64,000 bases of DNA from Verrucomicrobiota bacterium (GCA_037143855.1 JBAWXX010000001.1:43675-107674); one strand, 5' to 3'. Shown: positions 44,167-53,475, counted from the first letter of the stretch. Translations and numbers: made by a program. The notes: generated from the sequence alone by a model not told the origin.

Positions 44167-44739
44167 ATGCACGCGCTTTTCCAAAAAATCGCCTCGCTGC
44201 CGTGGGAGCAACTCCCTCAGTGGCTCTTTCTGATCCCCGGCCTGCTCATGCTGCTGGCTGCTGCCGCCGCCGTCTGCCTGCGCAACCTGGTCCACAGCGC
44301 GCTCTGCCTCGTCGCCAGCTTCATCGCGTTGGGCGTCCTCTTCATGGCGCTGGGCGCGGAGTTCGTCGGCTTCGTCCAGCTCCTTGTCTACGTCGGCGCG
44401 GTCGCCATGCTGATCCTCTTCGCCATCCTGCTCACCCCGGCGGGCGAAGTCCTGGCCAGCAACAACCCGCTGCGCAACTTCCGCCTTTCCAGCGCGCTCC
44501 ACGCCGCCGCCGGAGCCGCCGTCGCCTTCCTCGTCCTGGTGGGGCTGCTCGCCGCCATTGCGTTCAGCCCGCGCGCTGCGAGCGCCGTGCTTCCCGCCCA
44601 GGCCGCCGCCGCGCCGGTCGCGCTGATCGGCGAGAACCTCTTAACCCACACGCTGCTCCCGCTGCTCGGCATCGCCGTTCTGCTCACCGCCGCCCTCGTC
44701 GGAGCCGCCCTCATCGCCAAGGAGGACTCGCAATCATGA
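44167..44739 (+). CDS. nuoJ: NADH-quinone oxidoreductase subunit J
   Basis: 190 aa and hydrophobic. GAEFVGFVQLLVYVGAVAMLILFAI is typical of NuoJ. Confidence 0.85.
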   Translation: MHALFQKIASLPWEQLPQWLFLIPGLLMLLAAAAAVCLRNLVHSALCLVASFIALGVLFMALGAEFVGFVQLLVYVGAVAMLILFAILLTPAGEVLASNNPLRNFRLSSALHAAAGAAVAFLVLVGLLAAIAFSPRAASAVLPAQAAAAPVALIGENLLTHTLLPLLGIAVLLTAALVGAALIAKEDSQS

Positions 44740-45044
44740 TGCTCCAAATCCTGCTCGCCCTTTCCGCCGCGCTCTTCGCGCTCGGCCTGCTGGCCGCGCT
44801 CACCCGCCGCAACGCCATCATGATCCTGATCGGCATCGAACTGATGCTCGGCGCGGGCAACCTGAACTTCATCTCCTTCTGGAAATTCAGCGCCCACCCG
44901 GAAAACCTCACCGGCATCATGTTCGCCATCTTCTCCATTGCGATTGCCGCCGCCGAAGCCGCCGTGGGGCTCGCCATCATCATCCAGGTCCACCGCCGCC
45001 TGCACAGCGTGGATGTGGACCAAGCCAACCAGTTGAAAGGGTAA
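44736..45044 (+). CDS. nuoK: NADH-quinone oxidoreductase subunit K
   Basis: ATGA overlap with the nuoJ stop. 102 aa. LIGIELMLGAGNLNF and AAAEAAVGLAII. Confidence 0.9.
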   Translation: MMLQILLALSAALFALGLLAALTRRNAIMILIGIELMLGAGNLNFISFWKFSAHPENLTGIMFAIFSIAIAAAEAAVGLAIIIQVHRRLHSVDVDQANQLKG

Positions 45045-45053
45045 ACGACCAAG

Positions 45054-47078
45054 ATGGAAAATATCGTCATTATTGCGGCCGTGCTTGTTCCGTTACTACC
45101 CTTGCTTGCTGCGGGGCTAACCGCGTTTCTGAAACGGGAGCAACGTGGACTTTCCGCTTCACTAGTGATCGGAGCCCAAGCCATTGCGTGTGCAATCAGC
45201 TTTTATTTGCTTCTCTTTGCGATGGTTGAAGATAAGGGCGAGCCGGGCATTGTGCGCTCGTTCTTTAATTTTAGTTGGCTCACCTTCGGCCACGAAACAC
45301 TCCAACTCGGTCTGCTGCTTGATCCTCTGAGCGCCGGGATGGCCGCAATGGTCAGCTTTGTTTCGCTGCTCATCTTCATCTACAGCCTCGGCTACATGCA
45401 TGAAGACCGGAATTTCACCCGCTTTTTCACCTTCCTTGGCCTCTTCTCCGGCGCGATGCTCGGGGTCGTTCTCTCCAACAGCCTGCTCCTGACGTTCGTC
45501 GCGTGGGAACTGGTGGGCCTTGCGTCCTACTTGCTCATCGGCTTCTGGTTCCACAAGCCGGAAGCGGCGGCTGCCGCCAAGAAAGCCTTCATCACCACGC
45601 GCGTGGGCGACATGGGTCTGCTCATCGGCATGTTCTGGCTCTACAAAGCCAGCGGCACACTCCTCTTTTACGATCACGGCGCGGGCTGCCTGGAACAAAC
45701 GGCGCTCGCCTCGATGGCGAAAATCGGCTTCTGCGGCATGGCGCTTTCCAACGTCATCGCGCTCCTGATCTTCTGCGGCGCGGCGGGCAAATCGGGCCAG
45801 TTCCCGCTGCATGTCTGGCTGCCGGACGCCATGGAAGGCCCCACACCTGTCAGCGCCTTGATCCATGCCGCCACGATGGTCGCCGCGGGCGTCTACCTCG
45901 TCGCGCGCGTCTTCCCGATCTTCACCGCCACCGGGCCGCACTCGGCGTCCCTGCTTGCCGTCGCGGGCATCGGCGCGTTCACCGCCCTCTTCGCCGCGCT
46001 GATCGCCGTCGCCCAGGTGGACATCAAGCGCATCCTCGCCTACTCCACTGTCTCGCAGCTTGGCTTCATGATGCTGGCGCTCGGCGTCGGCAGCGTCGGG
46101 GCCGCAATGCTCCACCTCCTTGCCCACGCCTTTTTCAAAGCCCTCCTCTTCCTCGGCGCGGGCTCCGTCATCCACGGCATCCACGAAGAACAGGACATCC
46201 GCAACATGGGCGGCCTCTGGCGCAAGATGCCGGTGACGTTCATGACCTACACCGTCGGCATGCTGGCGCTGGCCGGGTTCCCGGTCCTCTTCTCGGGGTT
46301 CTGGAGCAAAGACGCCATCCTGCACGCCGCGCACCTGTGGCCCGTCTCGCAGGCCCCCTTCTACATGGCCGTCGCCGCCGCGTTCCTGACAGCCTTCTAC
46401 ATGACGCGCCAAATGGCCTACGTTTTCTTTGGCGACTACCGGGGCAACGCCGCCCATCCGCACGAAAGCCCGGACGTCATGACGATCCCGCTCGTGCTCC
46501 TGGCCGCCGCGGCCCTCCTGATGTCGCTCCCCGCCACGCCCGCCTGGCCGTGGTATGAGGAATTCCTGGCCGGGAAAACGCCCGCGCTCGAACTCGCCGC
46601 CCTGTGGGAGCCCGGCTTCCTCCACATCGCCACAACCTCCCTGGCGATTGTCTTCTTCGGCATCGGCCTGGGCTGGCTCGTCTACGGACGCCGCGCGCTG
46701 GGAGACGTCGATCCGCTGCAAGCCGCCGCCGCGCCGCTCTACCGCGCCCTGGCCAACCGTCTCTACGTGGACGAACTTTACCACGCCACGCTGGTGCGCC
46801 CTCTGCGCGGCGTCGGCTACGTGATGGCCTGGGTGGACCGTCAAATCCTCGCGGGCATCGTTCGCGCCGTCGCGTGGGTTTCCTTCCTGGTCTCGGCCAT
46901 CAGCAACGGCATGGACCGCTTCCTCATCAACTTCGGCTTCGATTCTTCCTGCGATGCCCTGCGCGAATACGGCGGCGGCATCGCCTCGTGCGAGGGCGGG
47001 CGCGTGCAAGGCTATCTGCGCGTGCTATGCATCGGGATCGTCGCCCTCCTCGCCCTCGTTGGCTGGCTTTTAGCGTAA
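45054..47078 (+). CDS. nuoL: NADH-quinone oxidoreductase subunit L, long form (674 aa)
   Basis: GKSGQFPLHVWLPDAMEGPTPVSALIHAATMVAAGVYL. The C-terminal lateral-helix region appears expanded (see findings). Confidence 0.9.
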   Translation: MENIVIIAAVLVPLLPLLAAGLTAFLKREQRGLSASLVIGAQAIACAISFYLLLFAMVEDKGEPGIVRSFFNFSWLTFGHETLQLGLLLDPLSAGMAAMVSFVSLLIFIYSLGYMHEDRNFTRFFTFLGLFSGAMLGVVLSNSLLLTFVAWELVGLASYLLIGFWFHKPEAAAAAKKAFITTRVGDMGLLIGMFWLYKASGTLLFYDHGAGCLEQTALASMAKIGFCGMALSNVIALLIFCGAAGKSGQFPLHVWLPDAMEGPTPVSALIHAATMVAAGVYLVARVFPIFTATGPHSASLLAVAGIGAFTALFAALIAVAQVDIKRILAYSTVSQLGFMMLALGVGSVGAAMLHLLAHAFFKALLFLGAGSVIHGIHEEQDIRNMGGLWRKMPVTFMTYTVGMLALAGFPVLFSGFWSKDAILHAAHLWPVSQAPFYMAVAAAFLTAFYMTRQMAYVFFGDYRGNAAHPHESPDVMTIPLVLLAAAALLMSLPATPAWPWYEEFLAGKTPALELAALWEPGFLHIATTSLAIVFFGIGLGWLVYGRRALGDVDPLQAAAAPLYRALANRLYVDELYHATLVRPLRGVGYVMAWVDRQILAGIVRAVAWVSFLVSAISNGMDRFLINFGFDSSCDALREYGGGIASCEGGRVQGYLRVLCIGIVALLALVGWLLA

Positions 47079-47083
47079 CCTGC

Positions 47084-48595
47084 ATGAGCAATTCTCTCAC
47101 CATCCTGACCTTTCTGCCGCTCCTCGGGGCGCTTCTCGTGGTGCTTATCCCCGCGCGAAAGACCGTCCTCCTCCGCGCCGTGGGGATAGTGATCACCCTC
47201 GCCGCCCTGGCCTTCGCCCTCGGCCTCGCCTTCCAATACGACCGGGCAGCGGGCGGGCTGCAATACCTGGAGCAGCGCGCCTGGATTCCCTCGCTGCACA
47301 TCGAGTATTACCTGGCCGCCGACGGCCTGAGCCTCCTCCTGCTCGTCCTCGCCGCGTTAGTGACCCCCTTCGCCCTCTTCGCGCTGGGCGACCGCTCCAC
47401 CAAGCTCGGCGTCGGCCTCATCCTGGCGCTGGAAACCACCCTCTTCGGCACATTCACGGCGCTCAACTTCATCCACTGGTTCCTCTACTACGAACTGAGC
47501 CTCGTCCCGGCCTTCCTCTTGATCCGCATGGGCGGAAGCGCGAAGGCCACCGCCGCCGCCACGCAGTTCTTCATCTACACCCTCTTCGCCGGGTTCGCCA
47601 TGCTGCTCGGCTTCCTGGCCATCCACCAGGCCACGGGGACCTTCAATTTGAGCGAGCTTGCCGGGCTCGCCCACAAAGCCAAACTCGGGCATGCCCTCAG
47701 CGCCGCCTTCCCCGGCCTGCCATGGATCAACCTCCTTGTATTTGGCGGGATCTTCGCCGGGCTCGCCGTCAAAGTCCCCGTCGTCCCCTTCCACACCTGG
47801 CTGCCCGACGCGTATGCCGAAGCTCCCGCGCCCGTTTCGATGCTGCTCACCGGCCTCCTTTCCAAAATGGGCGTCTACGGGTTCCTGCGGCTGCTCATAC
47901 CCCTTTTCCCGGGGCTGATGCAGCACCTGCAACTCCCCCTCTTCGGCTTCGCGCTCGTCACCATCATCTACTCCGCGCTCGCCGCGCTCGGGCAGAAGGA
48001 TCTTAAGCGAATCGTCGCCTACTCCTCCATCAACCACCTCGGCTACTGCCTGCTCGGCCTCTTCGCCGTCACCGCCACGCTGCACGGCCCCGTCAACGAC
48101 CGGGCCGCCGCGATGAACGGCGTGCTCCTCCAAATCTTCAACCACGGCCTCACCGCCGCCGCCCTCTTCTGCTTCATCGGCTTCATCGAGCGGCGCAGCG
48201 GCGGCCTGCGCGGCTTGAACGACTTCGGCGGGCTGCGCGACGCGGCCCCCGTGCTCGCCGGACTGATGGGCATCGCCCTTTTCTCCTCGCTCGGCCTGCC
48301 CGGCCTGAACGGTTTCGCGGGCGAATTCCTGATCTTCAAGGGAGCCTTCGCCCTCGCGCCGCTGCCCTCTGCGCTCGCCGCCATCGGGCTTTTCGTTACC
48401 GCCGTCTTCCTGCTCACGCTCATTGAGCGGGTCTTCACCGGCCCGCTGGACGCCGGTTGGCTCACCTTCCCCGACCTCACGGTGGGCGAACGCTTCACCG
48501 TAGCCCCCGCCATCGCGCTAATGTTCGTGCTGGGCATCTGCCCGCAGATCCTCATCGCTCTCTTCAACCAAACGGTCCTCCACCTTCTGCCATAA
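47084..48595 (+). CDS. nuoM: NADH-quinone oxidoreductase subunit M, copy 1
   Basis: ATG at 47084. VPFHTWLPDAYAEAPAPVSMLLTGLLSKMGVYGFLR and DLKRIVAYSSINHLGY. Confidence 0.85.
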   Translation: MSNSLTILTFLPLLGALLVVLIPARKTVLLRAVGIVITLAALAFALGLAFQYDRAAGGLQYLEQRAWIPSLHIEYYLAADGLSLLLLVLAALVTPFALFALGDRSTKLGVGLILALETTLFGTFTALNFIHWFLYYELSLVPAFLLIRMGGSAKATAAATQFFIYTLFAGFAMLLGFLAIHQATGTFNLSELAGLAHKAKLGHALSAAFPGLPWINLLVFGGIFAGLAVKVPVVPFHTWLPDAYAEAPAPVSMLLTGLLSKMGVYGFLRLLIPLFPGLMQHLQLPLFGFALVTIIYSALAALGQKDLKRIVAYSSINHLGYCLLGLFAVTATLHGPVNDRAAAMNGVLLQIFNHGLTAAALFCFIGFIERRSGGLRGLNDFGGLRDAAPVLAGLMGIALFSSLGLPGLNGFAGEFLIFKGAFALAPLPSALAAIGLFVTAVFLLTLIERVFTGPLDAGWLTFPDLTVGERFTVAPAIALMFVLGICPQILIALFNQTVLHLLP

Positions 48596-50124
48596 TGCCG
48601 ACCGATTTTTTCCCCACCGCCACGCTCCTCTCCGCCCTGCTGGGCATCGTCCTGATTCTGCTGCTGCCGCCCCGCTTCGGCGGCGCGGCCAAATGGATCG
48701 CGCTCCTGTCCGGCCTCACCGGCTTCGGCTTCGCCGTGGCCGCCTTCCGCGCCTACAACATGGCGCCCGGCGCGTATCCAATGCAGTTCCGGATCAACGT
48801 CGCATGGGTGGAAAGCCTCGGCATCAGCTTCGCCACCGGCGTGGACGGCGTGAGCCTGGTCCTTTTACTGCTCACCGGCATCATCGCCATCACCGGCGTC
48901 CTCTTCTCCTGGAACGTCACCCAGCAGCCGCGCGCCTTCTTCGCTCTTTTCCTGACGATCATCGGCGGCGTCTACGGCGTCTTCCAGAGCCTGGACCTCT
49001 TCCTCCTCTTCGTCTTCTACGAGATCGTCATCATCCCGAAATATTTTCTGATTTCCAACTGGGGCTCCACCAACCGGGAATACGGGGCGATGAAACTGAC
49101 CATCTACTCCGTGGCCGGAAGCGCGCTCATCCTGCTGGGCATCCTGGGCATCTACGTCCTCGCCCCTGACGTGACCTTAAACCTCCAGTCGCTGGCGAAA
49201 TTCCATTTCCCGCACGCCTTCCAATTATGGGCCTTCCCGGTCCTGTTCATCGGCTTCGGCGTCCTGGCGGGCCTCTGGCCCTTCCACACGTGGGCACCCA
49301 CCGGCCACGTCGCCGCCCCCACCGCCGTCTCCATGCTGCTGGCGGGCGTCGTCATGAAGCTCGGCTCCTACGGCGCGCTGCGCGTGGCCATGACGCTCTT
49401 CCCCGAGGGCCTCGCCGCATGGCGAATGCCCCTCGCCATCCTCGCCACCATCGGCCTCGTCTACGGCGCGCTCGTCGCCCTCGCGCAGAAGGATCTTAAA
49501 TTCGTCGTCGGCTACTCCAGCATCAACCACATGGGCTTCGTCCTGCTGGGCCTCCTGACCCTCAACAGCCTGGGGCTGACCGGCGCGGTGCTACAGATGT
49601 TCTCGCACGGACTCATCGGCGGCCTCCTGTTCGCCGTCGTCGGGCGGATGCTCTACGACCGGACCCACACCCGTGACATCAGCACCCTCGGCGGCATGGG
49701 GCTTGCCAAGGCGCTGCCGTTCGCCGCCTTCACCTTCACCCTCGCCTCGGCGGCCTCCATGGGGCTGCCAGGGTTCAGCGGATTCATCGCGGAAATCTCC
49801 ATCCTGCTCGGCGCTTGGAAAGCCTTCCCCGTCCTGCTCGTCTTCGCCATGCTGGGCGTCGGCATCACCGTCGCCTTCACCTTGCGGGCCCTGCAACGGA
49901 GCTTCTTCCCGTCGCTCGCCGCCGCTGCCGCCGCTGCGCCCGAAGCGCACCATGACACGCCGCTGCCGCCCATCACCCTGCCCGAACGCCTGGGAGCCGT
50001 GATCCTCATGGCCGCCACGGTCGGCATCGGTCTCTTTCCGAAGATCTTGATTGACCCCATCCTGCGCAGCTTCGAAAGCCCGCAATCGCTTATGCACCAT
50101 TTGATCCAGGGGGTGGCGCAATGA
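48595..50124 (+). CDS. nuoM: NADH-quinone oxidoreductase subunit M-like, copy 2
   Basis: The start overlaps the previous stop (TAATG). WPFHTWAPTGHVAAPTAVSMLLAGVVMKLGSYGALR and DLKFVVGYSSINHMGF. These are M-type rather than N- or L-type motifs. Confidence 0.85.
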   Translation: MPTDFFPTATLLSALLGIVLILLLPPRFGGAAKWIALLSGLTGFGFAVAAFRAYNMAPGAYPMQFRINVAWVESLGISFATGVDGVSLVLLLLTGIIAITGVLFSWNVTQQPRAFFALFLTIIGGVYGVFQSLDLFLLFVFYEIVIIPKYFLISNWGSTNREYGAMKLTIYSVAGSALILLGILGIYVLAPDVTLNLQSLAKFHFPHAFQLWAFPVLFIGFGVLAGLWPFHTWAPTGHVAAPTAVSMLLAGVVMKLGSYGALRVAMTLFPEGLAAWRMPLAILATIGLVYGALVALAQKDLKFVVGYSSINHMGFVLLGLLTLNSLGLTGAVLQMFSHGLIGGLLFAVVGRMLYDRTHTRDISTLGGMGLAKALPFAAFTFTLASAASMGLPGFSGFIAEISILLGAWKAFPVLLVFAMLGVGITVAFTLRALQRSFFPSLAAAAAAAPEAHHDTPLPPITLPERLGAVILMAATVGIGLFPKILIDPILRSFESPQSLMHHLIQGVAQ

Positions 50125-51641
50125 ACCCCGCCTTCCAACTTTTCAAATACCTGACGCCGGAATCCTTCCTGGCCGAAACCGCCTTCTTTGTCCTCATCGC
50201 GGGGCTCGTCCGGGCCACGGCGTCCCGGCGCACAATGCTGCTGAGCCTGACCCTCCTGGGCGGTCTCGCTTCCATCGCGTGGATCTGGATCCACCCGGAG
50301 AGCATCAACATCTGCCACGGCATGGCCGTCATCGACCCGCTCACCCGGTTCGTCAAAATCGTCATCGTGGCCTTGAGCCTCGTCGCCTGCGTCTATGCCG
50401 CCTCATCCAACGTCCGCGAGCACCTTGCCGAATACCTCGCGCTGATCCTCTTCTCCACCATCGGCATGATGCTGCTCGTAAGCGCCGAAGACCTGCTCAT
50501 GATCTTCATCGGCCTGGAGATGACCAGCATCCCCCTCTACCTCCTCACCGGCTACCTCAAACGCAGTGCCGCCTCCGCGGAAGCCGCCTTGAAGTATTTC
50601 CTCTTTGGCAGCGTCGCCGCAGCCTTCCTTCTCTTTGGCCTGAGCTTGATCTACGGCGTCACCGGGTCCACCTCCCTCCAAGCCCTCGCCCAGATGCCGC
50701 GCAGCACGGCAAGCGATCCCCTCTTCCTCACCGGCGTCGCCCTCGCGCTGGCCGGGTTCGGCTTCAAAGTCGCCGCCGCCCCGTTCCACCTGTGGGCTCC
50801 GGACGTGTACGAAGGCGCGCCCACGCCGTCCGCCGCGCTCATCGCCTCCGGCTCCAAAGTCGCCGGGTTCCTCATCCTGGCGAAGTTCCTCACCCTCGGC
50901 TTCGCCAAAGCAGGCGGCAGCGCCATCTGGAGCTTGCTGCAACCCGGATGGCTGCCGTTGCTGGCGGTCATCGCCGCGGCCTCCGTCATCGTCGGCAACC
51001 TCGCCGCCTTGAGCCAGAGCAACGTCAAGCGCATCCTCGCCTACTCCGCCATCGCCCAATCCGGCTACATGCTCCTCGGGCTCCTGGCCACGGGCAACAA
51101 AGGCCTCTCCGCCGTCCTCTTCTACGTCATCGTTTACGCGCTCACCACGCTCGGCGCATTCGGCGTCGTGGGGATCGTCGAAGCGCGGCGGGGCGGCGCG
51201 CAACTCCACCACTTCGATGGGCTGCACCGGAGCGCGCCCGGCCTGGCCCTTTGCATGGGCGTCTTCATGATCTCGCTGGCGGGCATCCCGCCGCTGGCCG
51301 GGTTCTTCGGCAAATTCTACCTCTTCGCCGGAGCCCTTGGCTCTGTCAGTTCGCTGGATGGCAGCCTTGGCCTGCTCTGGGTCCTCCTCATCGCCGTCGC
51401 CTTCAACGCCGTCTCCCTCTACTACTACCTCATCGTCCTCAAGCACGTCTTCGTCGTTCCGGCCCCGGACGCCGCAACCGCCGTGCCGCAGCCGCGCAGC
51501 GCCGCCGGGTTCTGCGTCGGCCTCCTCGCCGTGGCAATCCTCGGCCTCGGCCTCTACCCGCCGCTCCTGCTCAACCCGATCTATTCCGCCATTCACGGCG
51601 CGGCGAGGGCCGCAGCAAAAGCCGCCAGCGTTCAACCCTAG
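50121..51641 (+). CDS. nuoN: NADH-quinone oxidoreductase subunit N
   Basis: ATGA overlap at the start. LLMIFIGLEMTSIPLYLL and APFHLWAPDVYEGAPTPSAALIASGSKVAGF. Confidence 0.9.
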   Translation: MNPAFQLFKYLTPESFLAETAFFVLIAGLVRATASRRTMLLSLTLLGGLASIAWIWIHPESINICHGMAVIDPLTRFVKIVIVALSLVACVYAASSNVREHLAEYLALILFSTIGMMLLVSAEDLLMIFIGLEMTSIPLYLLTGYLKRSAASAEAALKYFLFGSVAAAFLLFGLSLIYGVTGSTSLQALAQMPRSTASDPLFLTGVALALAGFGFKVAAAPFHLWAPDVYEGAPTPSAALIASGSKVAGFLILAKFLTLGFAKAGGSAIWSLLQPGWLPLLAVIAAASVIVGNLAALSQSNVKRILAYSAIAQSGYMLLGLLATGNKGLSAVLFYVIVYALTTLGAFGVVGIVEARRGGAQLHHFDGLHRSAPGLALCMGVFMISLAGIPPLAGFFGKFYLFAGALGSVSSLDGSLGLLWVLLIAVAFNAVSLYYYLIVLKHVFVVPAPDAATAVPQPRSAAGFCVGLLAVAILGLGLYPPLLLNPIYSAIHGAARAAAKAASVQP

Positions 51642-51651
51642 GAGCTTTGCC

Positions 51652-52023
51652 ATGTCCCACGATTACCTCATTCTGACCCTCTTCCTGGCCATCGCCCTCG
51701 TCTTCCCGGTCGTCCCGCTCGTGATGGCGTGGCTCTGGGCCCGCTTCTTCTCGCCAGCAAAACCCGGCCACGACAAGCAGGCCATCTACGAGTGCGGCCT
51801 TGAAAGCAAGGGCCCCGCGCGCATCCAGTTCCGCGCCCAGTATTACCTCTACGCCCTCGTCTTCCTGGTCTTTGACGTGGAAACCGTCTTCCTGCTCCCC
51901 TTCGCGGCCATGGGGTTTGTCCAAATCTCGCCCGCCAGCTTCCTGGCCATCCTCGTCTTCCTGTTCCTCCTGCTTGAAGGGCTCGTCTGGGCGTGGGCCA
52001 AGGGCATTTTGGAGTGGAAATAG
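51652..52023 (+). CDS. nuoA: NADH-quinone oxidoreductase subunit A (located last in the operon)
   Basis: ATG at 51652. 123 aa with three TM helices. YECGLES...YYLYALVFLVFDVETVFLLP is the NuoA/ND3 signature. Confidence 0.9.
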   Translation: MSHDYLILTLFLAIALVFPVVPLVMAWLWARFFSPAKPGHDKQAIYECGLESKGPARIQFRAQYYLYALVFLVFDVETVFLLPFAAMGFVQISPASFLAILVFLFLLLEGLVWAWAKGILEWK

Positions 52024-52044
52024 GCGCACGATTTTGGATTACTG

Positions 52045-52653
52045 CTACTCCTCCTTGACCTCGTAATGAACCTGTTTCTGGCTTAAAATCTTCGATTTAT
52101 CGTCCTCAAACCGGACGACAAACAATAAATCAAGCCCAAGAATCCGCCCGTTTCTCAGGGAAGCCTCGCCCCCGAGACCGATCTCCAAATCCGTGTCATT
52201 CAGCCAGCGGTGAGCCCAAGGTTGATGCGCCCCCCACCAGAACTTCACCATCGGCGCATCCTCCTTCCGAACAAAACGGCCAATGACCTCCTCGGTATGT
52301 CCCTCTTTCGCCTTGGGATCGTCGATGACGAAGCGGTCCTGTAACAATTCCGGCAATTGCACCCGTTTCCAATGATTTGTAACCAATCGCCAGACACTGA
52401 GGTGCCCAGTGGCATGGCTGATATCCTCATTGACCGCCACCAATCGACTATCGGGGCTCCAGTAAACTTCAATGGCGCGCGCCATCGCATCGTACGAAGC
52501 GAGAACGCGATTGGTATCCGCACGCACAAGAAATCCCCAGAAGATATCTGTTATGGCCCGGATTTCCTCCCCGTCTTTGATGAAAATGCGTTTTTCCCTG
52601 AGCGGAAAGCCCGCTTGATTGCCATTCCGCCGGGAAGTATGGTTATGTTTCAT
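52045..52653 (-). CDS. Hypothetical protein (lower-GC, no recognised domain)
   Basis: ATG at 52653 (MKHNHTSRRNGNQ...), 202 aa with protein-like composition. It is convergent with nuoA. Confidence 0.55.
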   Translation of the reverse strand: MKHNHTSRRNGNQAGFPLREKRIFIKDGEEIRAITDIFWGFLVRADTNRVLASYDAMARAIEVYWSPDSRLVAVNEDISHATGHLSVWRLVTNHWKRVQLPELLQDRFVIDDPKAKEGHTEEVIGRFVRKEDAPMVKFWWGAHQPWAHRWLNDTDLEIGLGGEASLRNGRILGLDLLFVVRFEDDKSKILSQKQVHYEVKEE

Positions 52654-52751
52654 AACAGCCAGGCGCCTTGATTCCATTTGCGAGCAAGAACCTTCACCGG
52701 AATGCTCCTCAAATAGTTAGGGGTTTCAGGCGCGCCAACGAGCCAGGGAAA

Positions 52752-53291
52752 ATGAACGAAAACCCGCAAAGTCCATCCAACCACCTTCTCGAACTCCTCA
52801 CGCAACTCGTCCACTCCGGCGTGCGCTTTATCGTAGCGGGAGGGGTTGCCGCCGTTTTGCACGGCGTGGAACGGATGACGATGGATGTGGATCTTGCCAT
52901 CGAGGAAACCCCGGAAAATGTGCGGCGTTTTCTGGCTGCGATGACCGCTATCGGGCTGACCCCCCGCGCCCCTGTGCCTCCGCAGATTTTGCTGGATCGT
53001 CCGGCGTTGGACTGCCTTGTGGAGGAAAAGGGGGCATTGGTTCTGGCCTTTTATCACCCGCTCATGCCGTGGTTGCAGGTAGATGTCTTTTTGTCTCGGG
53101 ATGCGTCCTTCAGTGCTCTTAAAGATTTCACCCAAGATATTTCCCTGGGGGACATCACCATCCGGGTCGTTTCCGCACAACAGCTCATCGCAATGAAACG
53201 CCGCGTCCAACCGATGAGGGCAAAAGATCACGAGGATATCGACGCCTTGGAAAAAATAGCAGCCGATGGAAACCGGGACATCCACTCCTAA
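52752..53291 (+). CDS. Minimal nucleotidyltransferase-fold protein (DUF2204/DUF6036-like)
   Basis: ATG at 52752. The segment FIVAGGVAAVLHGVERMTMDVDLAI fits the G[GS]-x(9-13)-D-x-D pol-beta NTase signature. 179 aa. Confidence 0.6.
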   Translation: MNENPQSPSNHLLELLTQLVHSGVRFIVAGGVAAVLHGVERMTMDVDLAIEETPENVRRFLAAMTAIGLTPRAPVPPQILLDRPALDCLVEEKGALVLAFYHPLMPWLQVDVFLSRDASFSALKDFTQDISLGDITIRVVSAQQLIAMKRRVQPMRAKDHEDIDALEKIAADGNRDIHS

Positions 53292-53295
53292 TCGC

Positions 53296-53475
53296 ATGAA
53301 CAAGTCGGACTGGTGGGATCAAGTGACCTCCGAAGACTTCAGCGGACGCACCCATTTTCAACAATGGACGCCAGTCCAAAAGTTGATGTGGCTTTCGCAA
53401 ATCCAGCGGTTCGTTGCAACCGCGAAAGGAAAGGCCCGCACCGCGCAAAAAAACCCTGCCAGTTCCCTACTCTAA
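53296..53475 (+). CDS. Small (59-aa) helical partner ORF downstream of the NTase
   Basis: ATG at 53296 lies 4 nt after the NTase stop. The product is MNKSDWWDQVTSEDFSGRTHFQQWTPVQKLMWLSQIQRFVATAKGKARTAQKNP. Its 3' end overlaps the bioF 3' end by 9 nt. Confidence 0.4.
   Translation: MNKSDWWDQVTSEDFSGRTHFQQWTPVQKLMWLSQIQRFVATAKGKARTAQKNPASSLL

Noticed and set aside
45162-47009. 615-aa minus-strand ORF (and similar ORFs at 41090..42166, 42972..44168, 47357..48145 and 50403..51653)
   Set aside because: All are antisense to nuo genes that have diagnostic motifs and translational coupling.
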